DNA of 64,000 nucleotides from Tetramitus jugosus (taxonomy: Eukaryota > Protista > Heterolobosea), in contig OW569361.1 in NCBI GenBank assembly GCA_937625935.1, forward strand, positions 461,390-525,389. The letters run 5' to 3'. Under the pieces are notes generated by a model. The model had not been told where the DNA came from, did not search any database, and saw nothing but the letters and a program-made list of their open reading frames with translations. Shown piece after piece: positions 11,278-22,747 of this stretch; positions within the stretch are counted from its first letter, which is position 1; every line of letters begins with the position of its first letter. Position numbers and translations under genes: made by a program.

Positions 11278-11776
11278 TGTTTTCAAGGTTCGATTAAGAG
11301 AGAGTGTCTGAGTAGTTTTGTTAGTTGCTACATCGATATGAAGGGATGCAGGACTATAAATCTCTGAGCAAAACAACAAGAATTTACTTCGACACATGGA
11401 CTTCATCATAGTCGAAGGAGAAAATGAGGGCTAAGCGAAAGGGGCATTGACAACGAAACGAGAAACATCGAAGGTAATCGATGATGAGCTTTCACGAAGT
11501 GATTTGATTTGATTTCGACTGATTAGGGATGAACTCAACATACGTATGTTGATGTTTGTTTATCGATGACCGATCTGAGGATGCGTTATTCTTCGATACA
11601 ATGCGAGACTGGGAATCGAAGAATGAAATTGCTGATCTTTATTTGAGAATGAAGCGAAAGGATCATATGTATTACACTTTGGGATAACAGATAGCGCCCT
11701 CACTCCTATACTTGACTACATCTAAAACGAGTCAAAGGGTATGAAATAGAGTCGTTCGATTCATTTGGTTACCCCT

Positions 11777-12761
11777 TTAGTTGGACAGGACGATTCTTCC
11801 TACTTGGCTTGTGACTATCTTTTGATAGGTGATACGCATCAGAGTATGAAAGGTTCCAATGTTTGGATACACCCAAGATTGAGAAAACCCTTGAATAGAC
11901 AACAATAATTGTGTAACTATTGCATCTTTCCCCGGATACGTGTTACTATGACTACTTATCCCTGGGATAGTTAGTCCTTGCCACCTTTGGTTTACCCATG
12001 AACACTTAAACTGGGTATCACCAGTTAAAATGGTTCTGCGGAAATATTTTTCCATAGGTGTATGTTCCAGCAAGCATGATTGTTCATTTATTGTCTTTCT
12101 ATGGGAGTGGTCGTCACTCACGCAGCTTCTCTTGTGTCCCGACGGTACAACGTATACTACTTCACGATTATTGAAACAAAGGACGCTTCCCTTCTCCTTC
12201 TGTAGTTCCGCTTCCACATTTAGTCTCCATCGGATCCAATCGACATCTATCTCGTGCAAAATGTTCCGCATTTGTGGCAGTAGCGTTGGTACAGTCCTAT
12301 GTTTAGCCCAGGAGTTGTCTCCATACTAGCAGTGGCTTTGGCAACTTCTTTCTCCGTATGGGAACCTGTTTGTTGTCTACTTGTTAATTTATTGTTGAAT
12401 GCCTTGATGATCATGTGATCTCTCGATGTATCTTGAGAGTGGCCGTGGTCTTTACCTTGTTCTCTCCGCTGAGCACTGCTCGTGCATAGGTTTCATCACC
12501 CATAACCACGAAAGCAGAGTTTCGCTTCTTGAGCTCAGTGGAGACCTTATCAGGTTCCAGCAGCTTATTGATGTCGTCAACTGGCATGTTCTTTATTTCA
12601 TCGGCAATCTCTTTTCTTGTCCAATCAACATGTCGCAGCTGCCTTGCCAAAGATGACAGAGTGGACGCCATCATCGTTGCCAGCAATGACGATCTCTCTG
12701 TCACTTGGGGCTGAGTCTTTCTGTGCAGTGGCAGTGGTCTTCTTAAAGGCAGCTTATACAA
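11777..12761 (-). pseudogene. Fragmented ORFs of unknown origin
   Basis: Two coding-like minus-strand ORFs (12411-12761, 11777-12271) separated by stops; no obvious splice sites. Confidence 0.35.
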
Positions 12762-12873
12762 CCATTGGTTACTTACATCTTTTTCTTGCAGTAAAATTTC
12801 TTTAACTCATTTCCCCGGTTCATTTACAGAAAAATCAACACAGAATTTTTTTGCAGCTTGCCGTCCAACAAAA

Positions 12874-13923
12874 ATGCACAGTCCAAATTCAAGTGGTAGT
12901 TTTTTGGGATCACCAGTGTCCAGTGGTAGTGCTGTGATCCTTCAAAAATTTGACTTGAAAAACAAGGAACTAAAGAGAATAACAGAAGAATTAACAAGTG
13001 AATTACTAGGGTCTCAAAATGTTTGTTTCTTTCACACATGTTGTTGTGTTTAGTTAGAGATGAAGTAGGTGTGAAAGTGTGATACTAACGAGTCTGCTGT
13101 ACAGGAGAATCGATTATTGAAACAAAGGATTGAAGCTCTGCTCAAGGTTCAAGAAGAGAATACGAAGTTTCAGAATCAAGTTAAGATGATGAATGACAAG
13201 AATGATATTCTGTTGAAAGATAAGAAAATTGTGGAGGAAAGAGTGGATTATCTCTTGTCAAGACTGGGACAAACTGATTCTTCTTCAGAGGGTGCAGAGA
13301 GAAACACTTTGGCCAAGTTAGATGAGATATCCAGTTTGATTGATCACCAGGTGGCTCAGAATGGTGATGTAGCTTCATTGTTGAGAAACGCGGAGCACTT
13401 GAATGAAGTTTACAAACAAGATTTAGTGAAGAAGGAAACTGAGATGAAGAAATTGGTGGAGGAACACGATAAACGAGTACACGAGATGCAAGAGAAGTAT
13501 GAAAGGGAAATGGAATCGATTGAGCAGAGAGGAACCGATTTAACGAACCTCTTTGAAGAAGAAAAGGAGAAACTAGCTTCGAGAATGGAGGAATTGAAGG
13601 AGGAGTTTGAGGCTACCGAGTCGAAACTAATGTCAGATATTGAAGCCCTAAAGGCAACTGTCAACGAACAAAGCAGCCTCATCCAGGAGTTTGAAGCCAA
13701 CAACAGTGAACTGAACACTAGATTGATAGAAACAGAGGACAGGGCAAGAGTCAGAGAGGCAGAATTGCTTGCTGATATCGAGTCGATGAATCAGAATACT
13801 GAAAATCTAATGAACGAAATTGTCTTGCTGCAACAAGCAATCGAAGAGCAAACAACTGACGCAGACTCAGAAATCATCAAACTGAAGGACCTCATCGAAA
13901 CGAGAGACGAAAACTCGTTCTAA
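12874..13923 (+). CDS. Coiled-coil protein, 2 exons (12874-13020, 13105-13923)
   Basis: GTTTGT donor at 13021, TACTAAC branch at 13083-13089, CAG acceptor at 13104; frame preserved. Confidence 0.85.
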
Positions 13924-13978
13924 TTGCAAACAACATCGCTTGTCGTTGTATTATGTATAAATATCGTTGTTCCATAGT

Positions 13979-16900
13979 TTATTGCATAATGGCTTGCAAC
14001 TTTTGTTTCTGTTCGTTGGTGAGGGCACTTGTTGCCTGTTGGAAGAACTGTGGCTGTTGGCTCATTTGCTTTAGCAATTGAACAATGACAGTCTGTGTCT
14101 CTGCGCTGACGGCTTGGGTGTTCACGATATCAGCAAACACTTGAAGGATTTTAGGGATGTTGGAGTGATTTTGTCCCAAAATGACAGCATTGTTCTGTTG
14201 GACTTGAGCGACCAAGTGGTTGTGAACAATCTTGGCTTCAATCATGTCACCGCCAACAGGAAGTGCACCTAACCAGGTTTGGGTCACTTGTGGCATGTGT
14301 GCTGATATGTATGGGTTGTTGCTTCTATATAGAATAAACTTGAACAACGCCGACACAGCATTAGCAGTTGCAGCCTTGGCTTCTCTCTTCTTGGCATCAG
14401 CACGCAGAATGACTGATCCTAGAACTTCAACAGCCTTTTGTACAACTTGCTCGAAAGGTTCTCCAGCGAATTGGGCGCAAGCACCAATACCGTAAACAGC
14501 AGCTTGTCTGACTTCGTGGTTGTTATGGACAGCATAAGTTAGCAGAGCAGGAATCATACGATCAAAGAATTGGTGGCTCAAGTTTCCACCATTTTCAACA
14601 AAATCGCAAACGATGCAGAGAGCAACTCTGTGTTCATCGTCACCAAAGTCGTTTCCTAGCAGATTGTTGAACAATGGCCACAAACCATTGATAAAGTATG
14701 GGATAAAGTTCTTGTTGGTCTTCATCAATTGACCAATAGATTCAGCAATAATGGTCAAGAAACGCTCCTCCTCCAATGCGTCGTCATCCAAACGAGCTTG
14801 TTCTTCTTCATCCTCCTCGGTTTGCATGCTCTTGATCACTTCTTGTCTTCTCTCAATACTTGCCAAGATTGAGGTCTTGTAGATCTCAATAATGGTCAAA
14901 ATTTGAGCTTCGGTCAAGCTGTTCTCTCCCATAATCTTCACTGAATCAGTCAATGACTCAATCATGACGAGAGAAGTGTGAACTTCACTCTCCTCCTTCA
15001 ATGCGTCCAATAGGTTTGTCATGATGGAATCATACAAGGCACGCAATTGAGCAGGTTCACACATGTTCTTCTCAATGGCAGCCTTGACAGCAACCAAGAA
15101 TTGTGGAAGAATAGCAGCGGCGTTCTCACGAACGTCTTCCATGTAGGCGAATTCAAGCAATGGAACCATAACCTTGTAGACAGAGTCAATGTATGGAAGG
15201 AAGAGCTCCTTCAAGTCAGTCACATACGAGTGCAACAAGTGGCATGCAAGAGACTTCTCTTCCAGTGTGGAAGTACGGATGCTGATTCTCTTTCCACCCA
15301 ATCCCTTAAGATTGAATGTAATAGACTCCATACCTTCTTGTTCGCCTTCATCTTCCTCATCAACGTCAGTGTAGACAACTTCAGGTTCAACACCAGCAGC
15401 ATTCAACAAGTATGGCATGATAAAGTTCAAGTATGGCACAAAGTCAGCACCCAAGCACTTGGCAATACGAGCATAAGCTTGCAAGATTTGGTATTGTTGT
15501 GGATCGTCATTTTCGAATCCTTGTTGTTGAGTTCTCATCAACAATTCCATCGTATCACGTGCATCATTACCGAAAATTTCCTTTCCGACAGCAACACCAA
15601 TCAAACTGATGGCTTCAATGGCTCTTGCCTTCAATTGTCTGTCTTCCTTTCCGTTGGCTTGCAATAGAATTTGCTTCAACAGAGGAACAAAGTCATTGTA
15701 GTACTTCATGAACAACTTTTCAGCGCAGTCAGCAACAGCAGAGATGGCAGACAAGGATTGTTCTTGGCAGTATCTGTGTCCACTCTTCAACAAGTTCAAC
15801 AATCGGAACAACAACTGATCCATGTATGGTTGAATGAATTGTTTGTCGCACTCTTCAACAAAGTTGACAATGGCAGTAGCTGCGTGAGCCTTCACCTTTG
15901 GCAATGCGTCATCCATTCCCTTCATCAATGCAGGGATAATCAAATGATGATACTTTTCTTGGAAAATGCCTTGGAAATCAGTGGACAATTGAGCAGAACA
16001 GTGAATGGCAGCATATCTGACTCTTGGGTGAGGATCGTTGAACAAACTGACAACCATTTGAATAATTTGATCCAAATGATTCTCATATTGTTCATAGCAG
16101 CCTTCAGCAGTCTGTGAAATGGTCATCAAACCAGTGTGTCTGTGTTTCCATTCAGCATTGCTCAAGAATTGAGGAATGTACTTGAATGCGACAGGTTGAA
16201 CCAAATCACCACCCAGTGCCAATGACATTCTGTCCAAACTCTCCAGACCGACATCATAATTGGTCAAATCCATCTCGTCCTCCACAAAAGTAGATGCCCA
16301 TTCTTCGTCATCGTGCTCCAAATCAAGCATCAGTGTCATGCAGAATGGGAACAAACTGTCGACAAAGCTTGGAATCTTTTGAATCGTCTTTGGAATGCTC
16401 TCAGTGGTCGAGATGATAAACTCGACAGCCAAATGCCGGATTGCATCATCCAAATCAGCAGTCTTTGCAATTTGGAACATGGCAGAGATGACTGGATTAA
16501 TTTGTTTTTGCAAAAAGGATGCCTTGTGAACTGCAATCTCGATAAAGTTTTCAATGGCAGTGGATGCTCCTTCTTCGTCCTTGTTATTCAACAATTGTGC
16601 AATCGTCTGCAACATATGTCCAATCAATTCCTGGAAGGCAGCAAAGTGCTTCTTCTCCAATGACAAAATAACGGAGCAGGTTGCTTCCAAAGCAGCCAAA
16701 CGAACCATTGGGTTCTTGTCGTCTTGCAAATTTGCTGCAAAAATGTCTCTGAATCCAACCATATATGAATCGGAATTGGCGTTTGACAACATGACTGAAG
16801 ACAAATGATTAAAGATACCAAGAGCATTTTCTCTGAGCATTGGAGATGGGCTCTTTGCCCAGTTGAACATGGTTGGAATGAATTCAGGGAATGAATCTGA

Positions 16901-17484
16901 GATAAAGTCAATTAGGAGTAGTAGTGGAAAGAAAGACGTTAGCTCACTGAAAAAAAAAATCACTTCGACCATCACAAAATGGAAAAAAAAAAAGCAAGAG
17001 AGAGAGACACACATACTTTCTTCCAACAAACCAGCAACAAAGTTGGAAACAGTGTAAACCAACTTGGAGCGAATGTGACCAACCTTCTCTTCCTGTAGAG
17101 CACCCAACAAATCAGCCTTCACTGCCTGCTTTGAGTTGTCTGAAAGCTTTGGGAAGATTGAATCCTCAGAAGAGATACATTTACGCAACAAAACAATGGC
17201 CAAACTTCTCAACTAAGAAACATTAGCAAAAAAAATTTCAATTTTTTGTAATGTCGGCGGCGCAAAATAAAATGCCGACAAAAAGAATTTCACACGCAAG
17301 GTGCGATCAAACGTACCTCTTCTTGTGTAGAAAAACGCAAAACTGATATCAAGGCGCTAACACAGTTGTCTGGTTGTTCTTGTTTCAGTTTGTTGAATGT
17401 AGCTTCGGCTTGGTTTCTAATCTCATTGTTGGTGTGGAGAATGGCAACAAGCAAATTTTCAAAGTCTTTGTTTGGGGCTGACAT
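13979..17484 (-). CDS. IPO5: Importin-5 / karyopherin beta-3, 3 exons (17484-17317, 17212-17017, 16896-13979)
   Basis: HEAT repeats; DPHPRVRYAA, AHAATAIVNFVE and ISIRTSTLEEKSLAC. Canonical GTACGT/GTATGT donors with branch sites. Confidence 0.93.
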
Positions 17485-18027
17485 TATTGTTTTGTGTGAA
17501 AAATGTTGTTTTTTGAGTGATGTTTTTTTTTCGTTTTGTTTTGTCGATTTGTCAAGATGAGAATTGAAGGGGAAATAAAAATGTTGTGTGATAAAAGTGA
17601 AAGGCACAAAACTTTTGAGCGACACGACAATAATTCGCCGCATGAAAGTTCAAGGTCAACCATTTTTGTTGAACTCAAAATGTTCGTTGAAGTGAAGAAA
17701 ACTGTAAATGCAGCTGACGAGGAAAATGGAAAATGGAATATGCTATTGCCCACCCTTGGGATTTCCTTGAATGAAAACAATGGAAAGGAGTCGAAGTCGA
17801 ACCTCCTCACCAACAAGCCGTTGTGTCCTATCAACCTCATCTGTCATTCTGATCCGAATGGAGTGACGTGGGAGCGTTCGACGGACTTTTGGTAAATGCG
17901 GCCAAATTGACGACGTCTAACAGGGATTTGGATGCTGGACCGGGCGACGTCTGCAGAAATCTGAAGGTGTGGTGAACTCTTCAGCACGGAACACCCCTCT
18001 CTGCCTTGCTCTACAACTCTCCACTCT

Positions 18028-18034
18028 TTATAAA
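18028..18034 (+). promoter_or_regulatory. TATA-like box upstream of the lectin gene
   Basis: TATAAA about 90 bp before ATG 18118, followed by an AC-rich leader. Confidence 0.45.
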
Positions 18035-18117
18035 GCTGACACCATTTTCCACACAGGGATAAACAACAAAAACCAAAACACATTAGACCTACAATCTACA
18101 CACACATAACATTCAAC

Positions 18118-19077
18118 ATGGGCATCAAATCACAAAGAAGATACATTCTCGTTAACAAGGCCAACGGTAAGGCTCTTGACTGGAACTTTGCAGCAGCAGC
18201 TCAACTCTCCTCCAGCCACCCAAGAATCTTCCTGTACAATGAGTCTCCAAACTCTGCCAACCATCACTGGCACATTGAGAAGCAACCGAACGGCAACTAC
18301 TTGATCAAGACTGGTAATGGTCAATATGCACTCGATGGTAACACTGGTGTTCCTCAAGCTGATCCATCTCATCCAGCTCCATTCCTCTACACTCCTGTTC
18401 CATCCGCTGCCAACCACAGATGGAGATTTGAAAAGGTCGGAAACAAGACTTTTGTCATTGTGAATGAGTCGACTGGACTTGCTTTGGACGGTAATGTCGA
18501 CGCAACTCGTTCCCATGACCACAACTTGAAGACTCCATTCTTCTACACTCCAGTTCACTCTGCACCTAACCATCAATGGGTTCTCAAGAAGGCCAACACC
18601 CCTCACGGCCATCAAGAAAGATATCACATTGTCAATGTTGCCACCCAAAAGGCATTGGATTGGAACACTGGTGCAGCAGCTCAATTGTCTCATGGTCACC
18701 CAAGAGTCTTTGTCTATCACCCATCTCCACAATCTCAGAACCATCATTGGATCATTGAGAAGCAATCCAATGGAAACTACTTGATCAAGACTGGTGACAA
18801 CAGATTGGCACTTGATGGTAACACTGGTGTACCAAACGTTTCACCTTCTCACCCAGCTCCATTCCTGTACACTCCAGTACCTTCTGCTGCCAATCACAGA
18901 TGGAGAATTGAGAAGGTTGCCAAGAAGCGTTACATTATCATCAATGAAGCTAACGGTTTGGCTTTGGACGGTAATGTCGATGGTGCTCCACAACACGATC
19001 ACAACTTGAAGACTCCATTCTTGTGGTCCCCTGTTCCATCTGCACCAAATCACTTGTGGGAATTGAGAGAGTTGTAA
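18118..19077 (+). CDS. Tandem ricin-B (beta-trefoil) lectin-like protein
   Basis: Two near-identical ~155 aa halves, each with three Y-I-N..G.ALD...N-H-x-W subrepeats. Confidence 0.85.
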   Translation: MGIKSQRRYILVNKANGKALDWNFAAAAQLSSSHPRIFLYNESPNSANHHWHIEKQPNGNYLIKTGNGQYALDGNTGVPQADPSHPAPFLYTPVPSAANHRWRFEKVGNKTFVIVNESTGLALDGNVDATRSHDHNLKTPFFYTPVHSAPNHQWVLKKANTPHGHQERYHIVNVATQKALDWNTGAAAQLSHGHPRVFVYHPSPQSQNHHWIIEKQSNGNYLIKTGDNRLALDGNTGVPNVSPSHPAPFLYTPVPSAANHRWRIEKVAKKRYIIINEANGLALDGNVDGAPQHDHNLKTPFLWSPVPSAPNHLWELREL

Positions 19078-19367
19078 GCGATGAAGCGCTTGCCTTTGCT
19101 TTCTTGTTCCATTTTTTTTCTTACAAAAAAGTGCAAAATCTTTTTTGTGTGAAAATGTATTTGCTATATGTATGGTGTAATTCTATGGAAAATGAATAAA
19201 TGAAGATCGATAGAGCTCTTTTGTTCACATAACAAGTTCTTTATTGTTGTATTGTTTCTTCTAGCTTTTTTGTCTTTGGTTCGTTCTGGTGAGTGCACCA
19301 ACCAGGAGTTCACAACAAAGTCGAACACAACCAACCAAAATCTGAAAAACAAACATAAAAAGAAGAA

Positions 19368-21635
19368 ATGAACAACCATACGAATCATATGATAGATGAA
19401 AAAGCTTTGATATCGAAATCTCCTCCTACGTTGGAGGACATCTATGAGCTCGTGATACGAAGCACTTGTGTCACGAGCTCTTCTTCAACTGAGACATGCA
19501 AACTGAATGGCGAGAACGAAGGTGATGGTGGTGCTGTGTTGATGGAACAAGATGATACATATTCAATGGATTTAGGACCAGATGTAGTTTCCCAGATTTT
19601 GAATGTCTATTTGTTTGGATCTCGTTTGTATCAATGTCACAGCGAAGACAGTGACTATGATTTCATTTGTATTGTCGGAGGCAAGTACTTTGATGGGAGC
19701 AAGTTGATTGACAATGGGATTTTCAATGTGAATGTGTACCACTGGGATTATTGGCTGCACTTGATGCATGAGAATATGATTTGGGCAGTGATGGTTCTGT
19801 TTATGCCATCGGATATGATCTGGAAACAGACGAGAGACCTGAAATTGCACTTCTCGTTGGATGGTTATCGACTCAGGAATGCTTGTTTACAAGATGCGTC
19901 GCATAATTGGGCAAAAGCAAAGAGACTTTGTACGCATGCATCATTGAGGAGTGAAAAGGTGGCAAAGAAGAATATTGTCCATGGATTCAGATATTTGAAT
20001 TTGACGCTCCAAGTACTGCAGACTGGAGAAATCTATGATTTTACTCAAGGGAATGACATATGGGAGGAATTATTTGTAGCTGATGCGAATACACAGTATT
20101 CTACGTTTATAGAACAGTGGCAGTGTTATGAATCAAGATACAAAGTCAAATTTCAAGACTTAATGTCCACAGTGAAGCACTTTGCTCATGTGCAGGAGTC
20201 ACTTGAAACAGAGGAGATTTCCACTTCAAAGAATGCCAAAAAGAGAAAGGCAATGAGTCCCTACATGTCCAGTCCGACCAAAAAGTTGCATGTGATGGAT
20301 TACATTTCAAAGCATACACTGAACAGTTTGAAGAGAGATTTTTCAATCGAAGTAACTCGTCCCTATTCAACTATCGGATATCCTGAATTGGTTGTATGTA
20401 CTCTGAGTAATGAATTTACTCCACGATGGACATGTCCCTCACCAGTTTCGAGAGAATGCACCACTATCGTTTTAGTTGAGAAGGGCGAAGGGTATTCAGT
20501 GCTTGCTTCATCCAGTTTGCCAATTTTTGATAAGTTTGATGAGGATACTGGTATCGATAGCGACTTCATGAGTGATCTAGTGAACATCGATTGGGATCAT
20601 ATCGCCTTATCTGAGAGAATAGATGGAATCCCATTCTTATTATTTTGGTACATGGATAGATGGCTAGTTTATACTCCTACGATCAACAGCTCAAAGTACA
20701 AGCAATACACTCACGTGCACATTGTGCAGTACAAGCGGATATTTCAAGGAACTGAAGAGGATGCATTGAATCAGCTGACTAAGGCTTTCTGGGAAACATG
20801 GAATCAGAGCAATTATGTGTTACCAGAGGTGGGTCTTGAGCAAATCTCATACACATTTCAATTATGCCTCTCTTTGGAGCATGACTTGGATTGTTATGGT
20901 GGTAGAGCTTTCATCTCTGATGGACATACCGTACAGCATTCCCAAAACAAGCTAATATGCTTCAGCATGATTCAGGTAGACTCTATCAATCAACTCGTAA
21001 CAGAACTACCTATCGAAAACATAACTGAAAGATACAATTGGGAAACGCCTCAGCGGTTAGACCATATTTTGGAAGGGTATTCAATCGGAGCAGATGTCTT
21101 GGGAGCAGAGCGAATTCTTCGATCATATGTCAGAAAATTGAATCCTATGTATTCGATAGGAGTGGTTGTGACAGATCAATTCATGAATAGGGTGCAGTAC
21201 GTTACACCACAGTATTATGCTTTGGATCAGTTGCAGATAGCAGATCTTGTCGAACCGAACACCAACAACAGAAACGTGGAGATTATCGCTCGAACAAACG
21301 ATTACTGTTCCTTCCTAGAATATTATCCATGGAACAATCAAGAAGTATTGAAGGAGCTTTACAACAAGTATCATGCCACAGTTGTTACGTTTTGTTCATT
21401 TATTCAGGATCTGTTTGACGAGAATAGAAAAAAGTATGAGTATGACGTGAAGAATTGGATATCATTTGGACGACAATTTACATTCTATTATGTGCTATTC
21501 GATATGCAGAAACTAGGAATCACTGCCAGAGAATTTTATTCTTCGATCAATCCCAGAAAGGTGTCAAAGGCAGTGAGAGACGTGCAAGACTACTTAGAGT
21601 CAGTCAAGAGCAAGGATGACAATAGTGAAAAGTAA
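19368..21635 (+). CDS. Pol-beta-type nucleotidyltransferase fused to a T4 Rnl1-like RNA ligase domain (degenerate)
   Basis: YLFGSRLYQCHSEDSDYDF (GS...DxD). Later SRECTTIVL, ERIDG...LFWY..RW, YTFQL and GVVVTDQFMNRV. Confidence 0.65.
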   Translation: MNNHTNHMIDEKALISKSPPTLEDIYELVIRSTCVTSSSSTETCKLNGENEGDGGAVLMEQDDTYSMDLGPDVVSQILNVYLFGSRLYQCHSEDSDYDFICIVGGKYFDGSKLIDNGIFNVNVYHWDYWLHLMHENMIWAVMVLFMPSDMIWKQTRDLKLHFSLDGYRLRNACLQDASHNWAKAKRLCTHASLRSEKVAKKNIVHGFRYLNLTLQVLQTGEIYDFTQGNDIWEELFVADANTQYSTFIEQWQCYESRYKVKFQDLMSTVKHFAHVQESLETEEISTSKNAKKRKAMSPYMSSPTKKLHVMDYISKHTLNSLKRDFSIEVTRPYSTIGYPELVVCTLSNEFTPRWTCPSPVSRECTTIVLVEKGEGYSVLASSSLPIFDKFDEDTGIDSDFMSDLVNIDWDHIALSERIDGIPFLLFWYMDRWLVYTPTINSSKYKQYTHVHIVQYKRIFQGTEEDALNQLTKAFWETWNQSNYVLPEVGLEQISYTFQLCLSLEHDLDCYGGRAFISDGHTVQHSQNKLICFSMIQVDSINQLVTELPIENITERYNWETPQRLDHILEGYSIGADVLGAERILRSYVRKLNPMYSIGVVVTDQFMNRVQYVTPQYYALDQLQIADLVEPNTNNRNVEIIARTNDYCSFLEYYPWNNQEVLKELYNKYHATVVTFCSFIQDLFDENRKKYEYDVKNWISFGRQFTFYYVLFDMQKLGITAREFYSSINPRKVSKAVRDVQDYLESVKSKDDNSEK

Positions 21636-21664
21636 TGATATTTTACACAGTGATTGAATTGTAT

Positions 21665-22474
21665 TTACAGTTTTCTTACAGTGTGAGCATTTGTATCAAT
21701 CACTGCATCGACATGAGGATAGGGTTCATTTTCTGCCTTTTCAATGATTACATTTTGAATTTGTGGTACAACGGTTTGCACATAAACGGTAGCAGGGGCT
21801 AGAGGCGGTGCTGGAGCAACACGAACAGTGTCAGACGCCACGATGCGTTCAGTTACAGGAGCTTCTCTTACGACGGAGACTCGAGGGGATTCATAGATTG
21901 TCTTATTAATCAATTGTTCATGAACTTCAGTGATTGGTTGATGGTGAACTTCAGTTACAATCGGTTTCTCAATCACTTCTCTTGTCACTTCCTTCTGCCA
22001 GTAGACGGAAGGTTGCATTTGGGTGACATTGACATCTTGTCTCTCTGCTACGGTGATATTATGTCTCCTATTGCTCTCTTCCAATTCTCTCAAAACTCTT
22101 TGTCTCTCTGCGTCGGCTTGCTCTCTGCCTTGCTCTTGATACAGTGTTTGTTCCTGGACAAACATTTGTTGAGGTGCGTGCTGGACGACTCTCTCGATAG
22201 GCCTCTCATGAACTTCAATCATATCCTGAATATGTCTCTCGCGAATATTCTGCTCTTGAATCACATCGATATGTTCCAACTTTTCAACACGATCCAGAAT
22301 TGGTTGTTCCTGGATGAATCTCGTGGTTCCTTGCTGGTTGTACACGGGAGATGTTGCAGTTTGGAATCCTTGGTTGATTACTGGAGCAGGAGGAAGAACA
22401 GTCTGTTTAGGTGCCACAGACTGAGCAGGGAGGGGTGCTGTTGTAATAGTTGTCGTTCTCTTGGCTTCTACCAT
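21665..22474 (-). CDS. V/E/Q/P-rich repetitive protein (articulin/alveolin-like composition)
   Basis: EVHERPIERVV and EVIEKPIVTEVHHQPITEVHEQ repeats; ATG at 22474. Confidence 0.65.
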   Translation of the reverse strand: MVEAKRTTTITTAPLPAQSVAPKQTVLPPAPVINQGFQTATSPVYNQQGTTRFIQEQPILDRVEKLEHIDVIQEQNIRERHIQDMIEVHERPIERVVQHAPQQMFVQEQTLYQEQGREQADAERQRVLRELEESNRRHNITVAERQDVNVTQMQPSVYWQKEVTREVIEKPIVTEVHHQPITEVHEQLINKTIYESPRVSVVREAPVTERIVASDTVRVAPAPPLAPATVYVQTVVPQIQNVIIEKAENEPYPHVDAVIDTNAHTVRKL

Positions 22475-22747
22475 CTTGTATGCTGTAGTTGTTGTTGAGC
22501 AGTTACTGTTGTGTGTTGTGTGGTTCCAAAGGAACACTGATCCGTTAAAAAGGTGTGACCATATTGATGGTTGACTTGATGTTCTCTATTTTTGCGCGGA
22601 TTTAACCATTTTGTATTCCAGGTGATCAACTCAACCTTTACAAAAACTCAATTCGAATCATCAAACTCGAGAGTCGGCCAAATAAACATCAAAGAGCCAA
22701 AAACAATTTTTCATCAAACAACAACAAAAAACAATCAGTCAAATCAC

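Noticed and set aside
14078-17057. Many antisense ORFs inside IPO5 (likewise in other long genes)
   Set aside because: Shadows of codon bias on the coding strand.
17536-17895. 119-aa ORF between IPO5 and the lectin gene
   Set aside because: Overlaps promoter/UTR sequence and has no recognisable motif.
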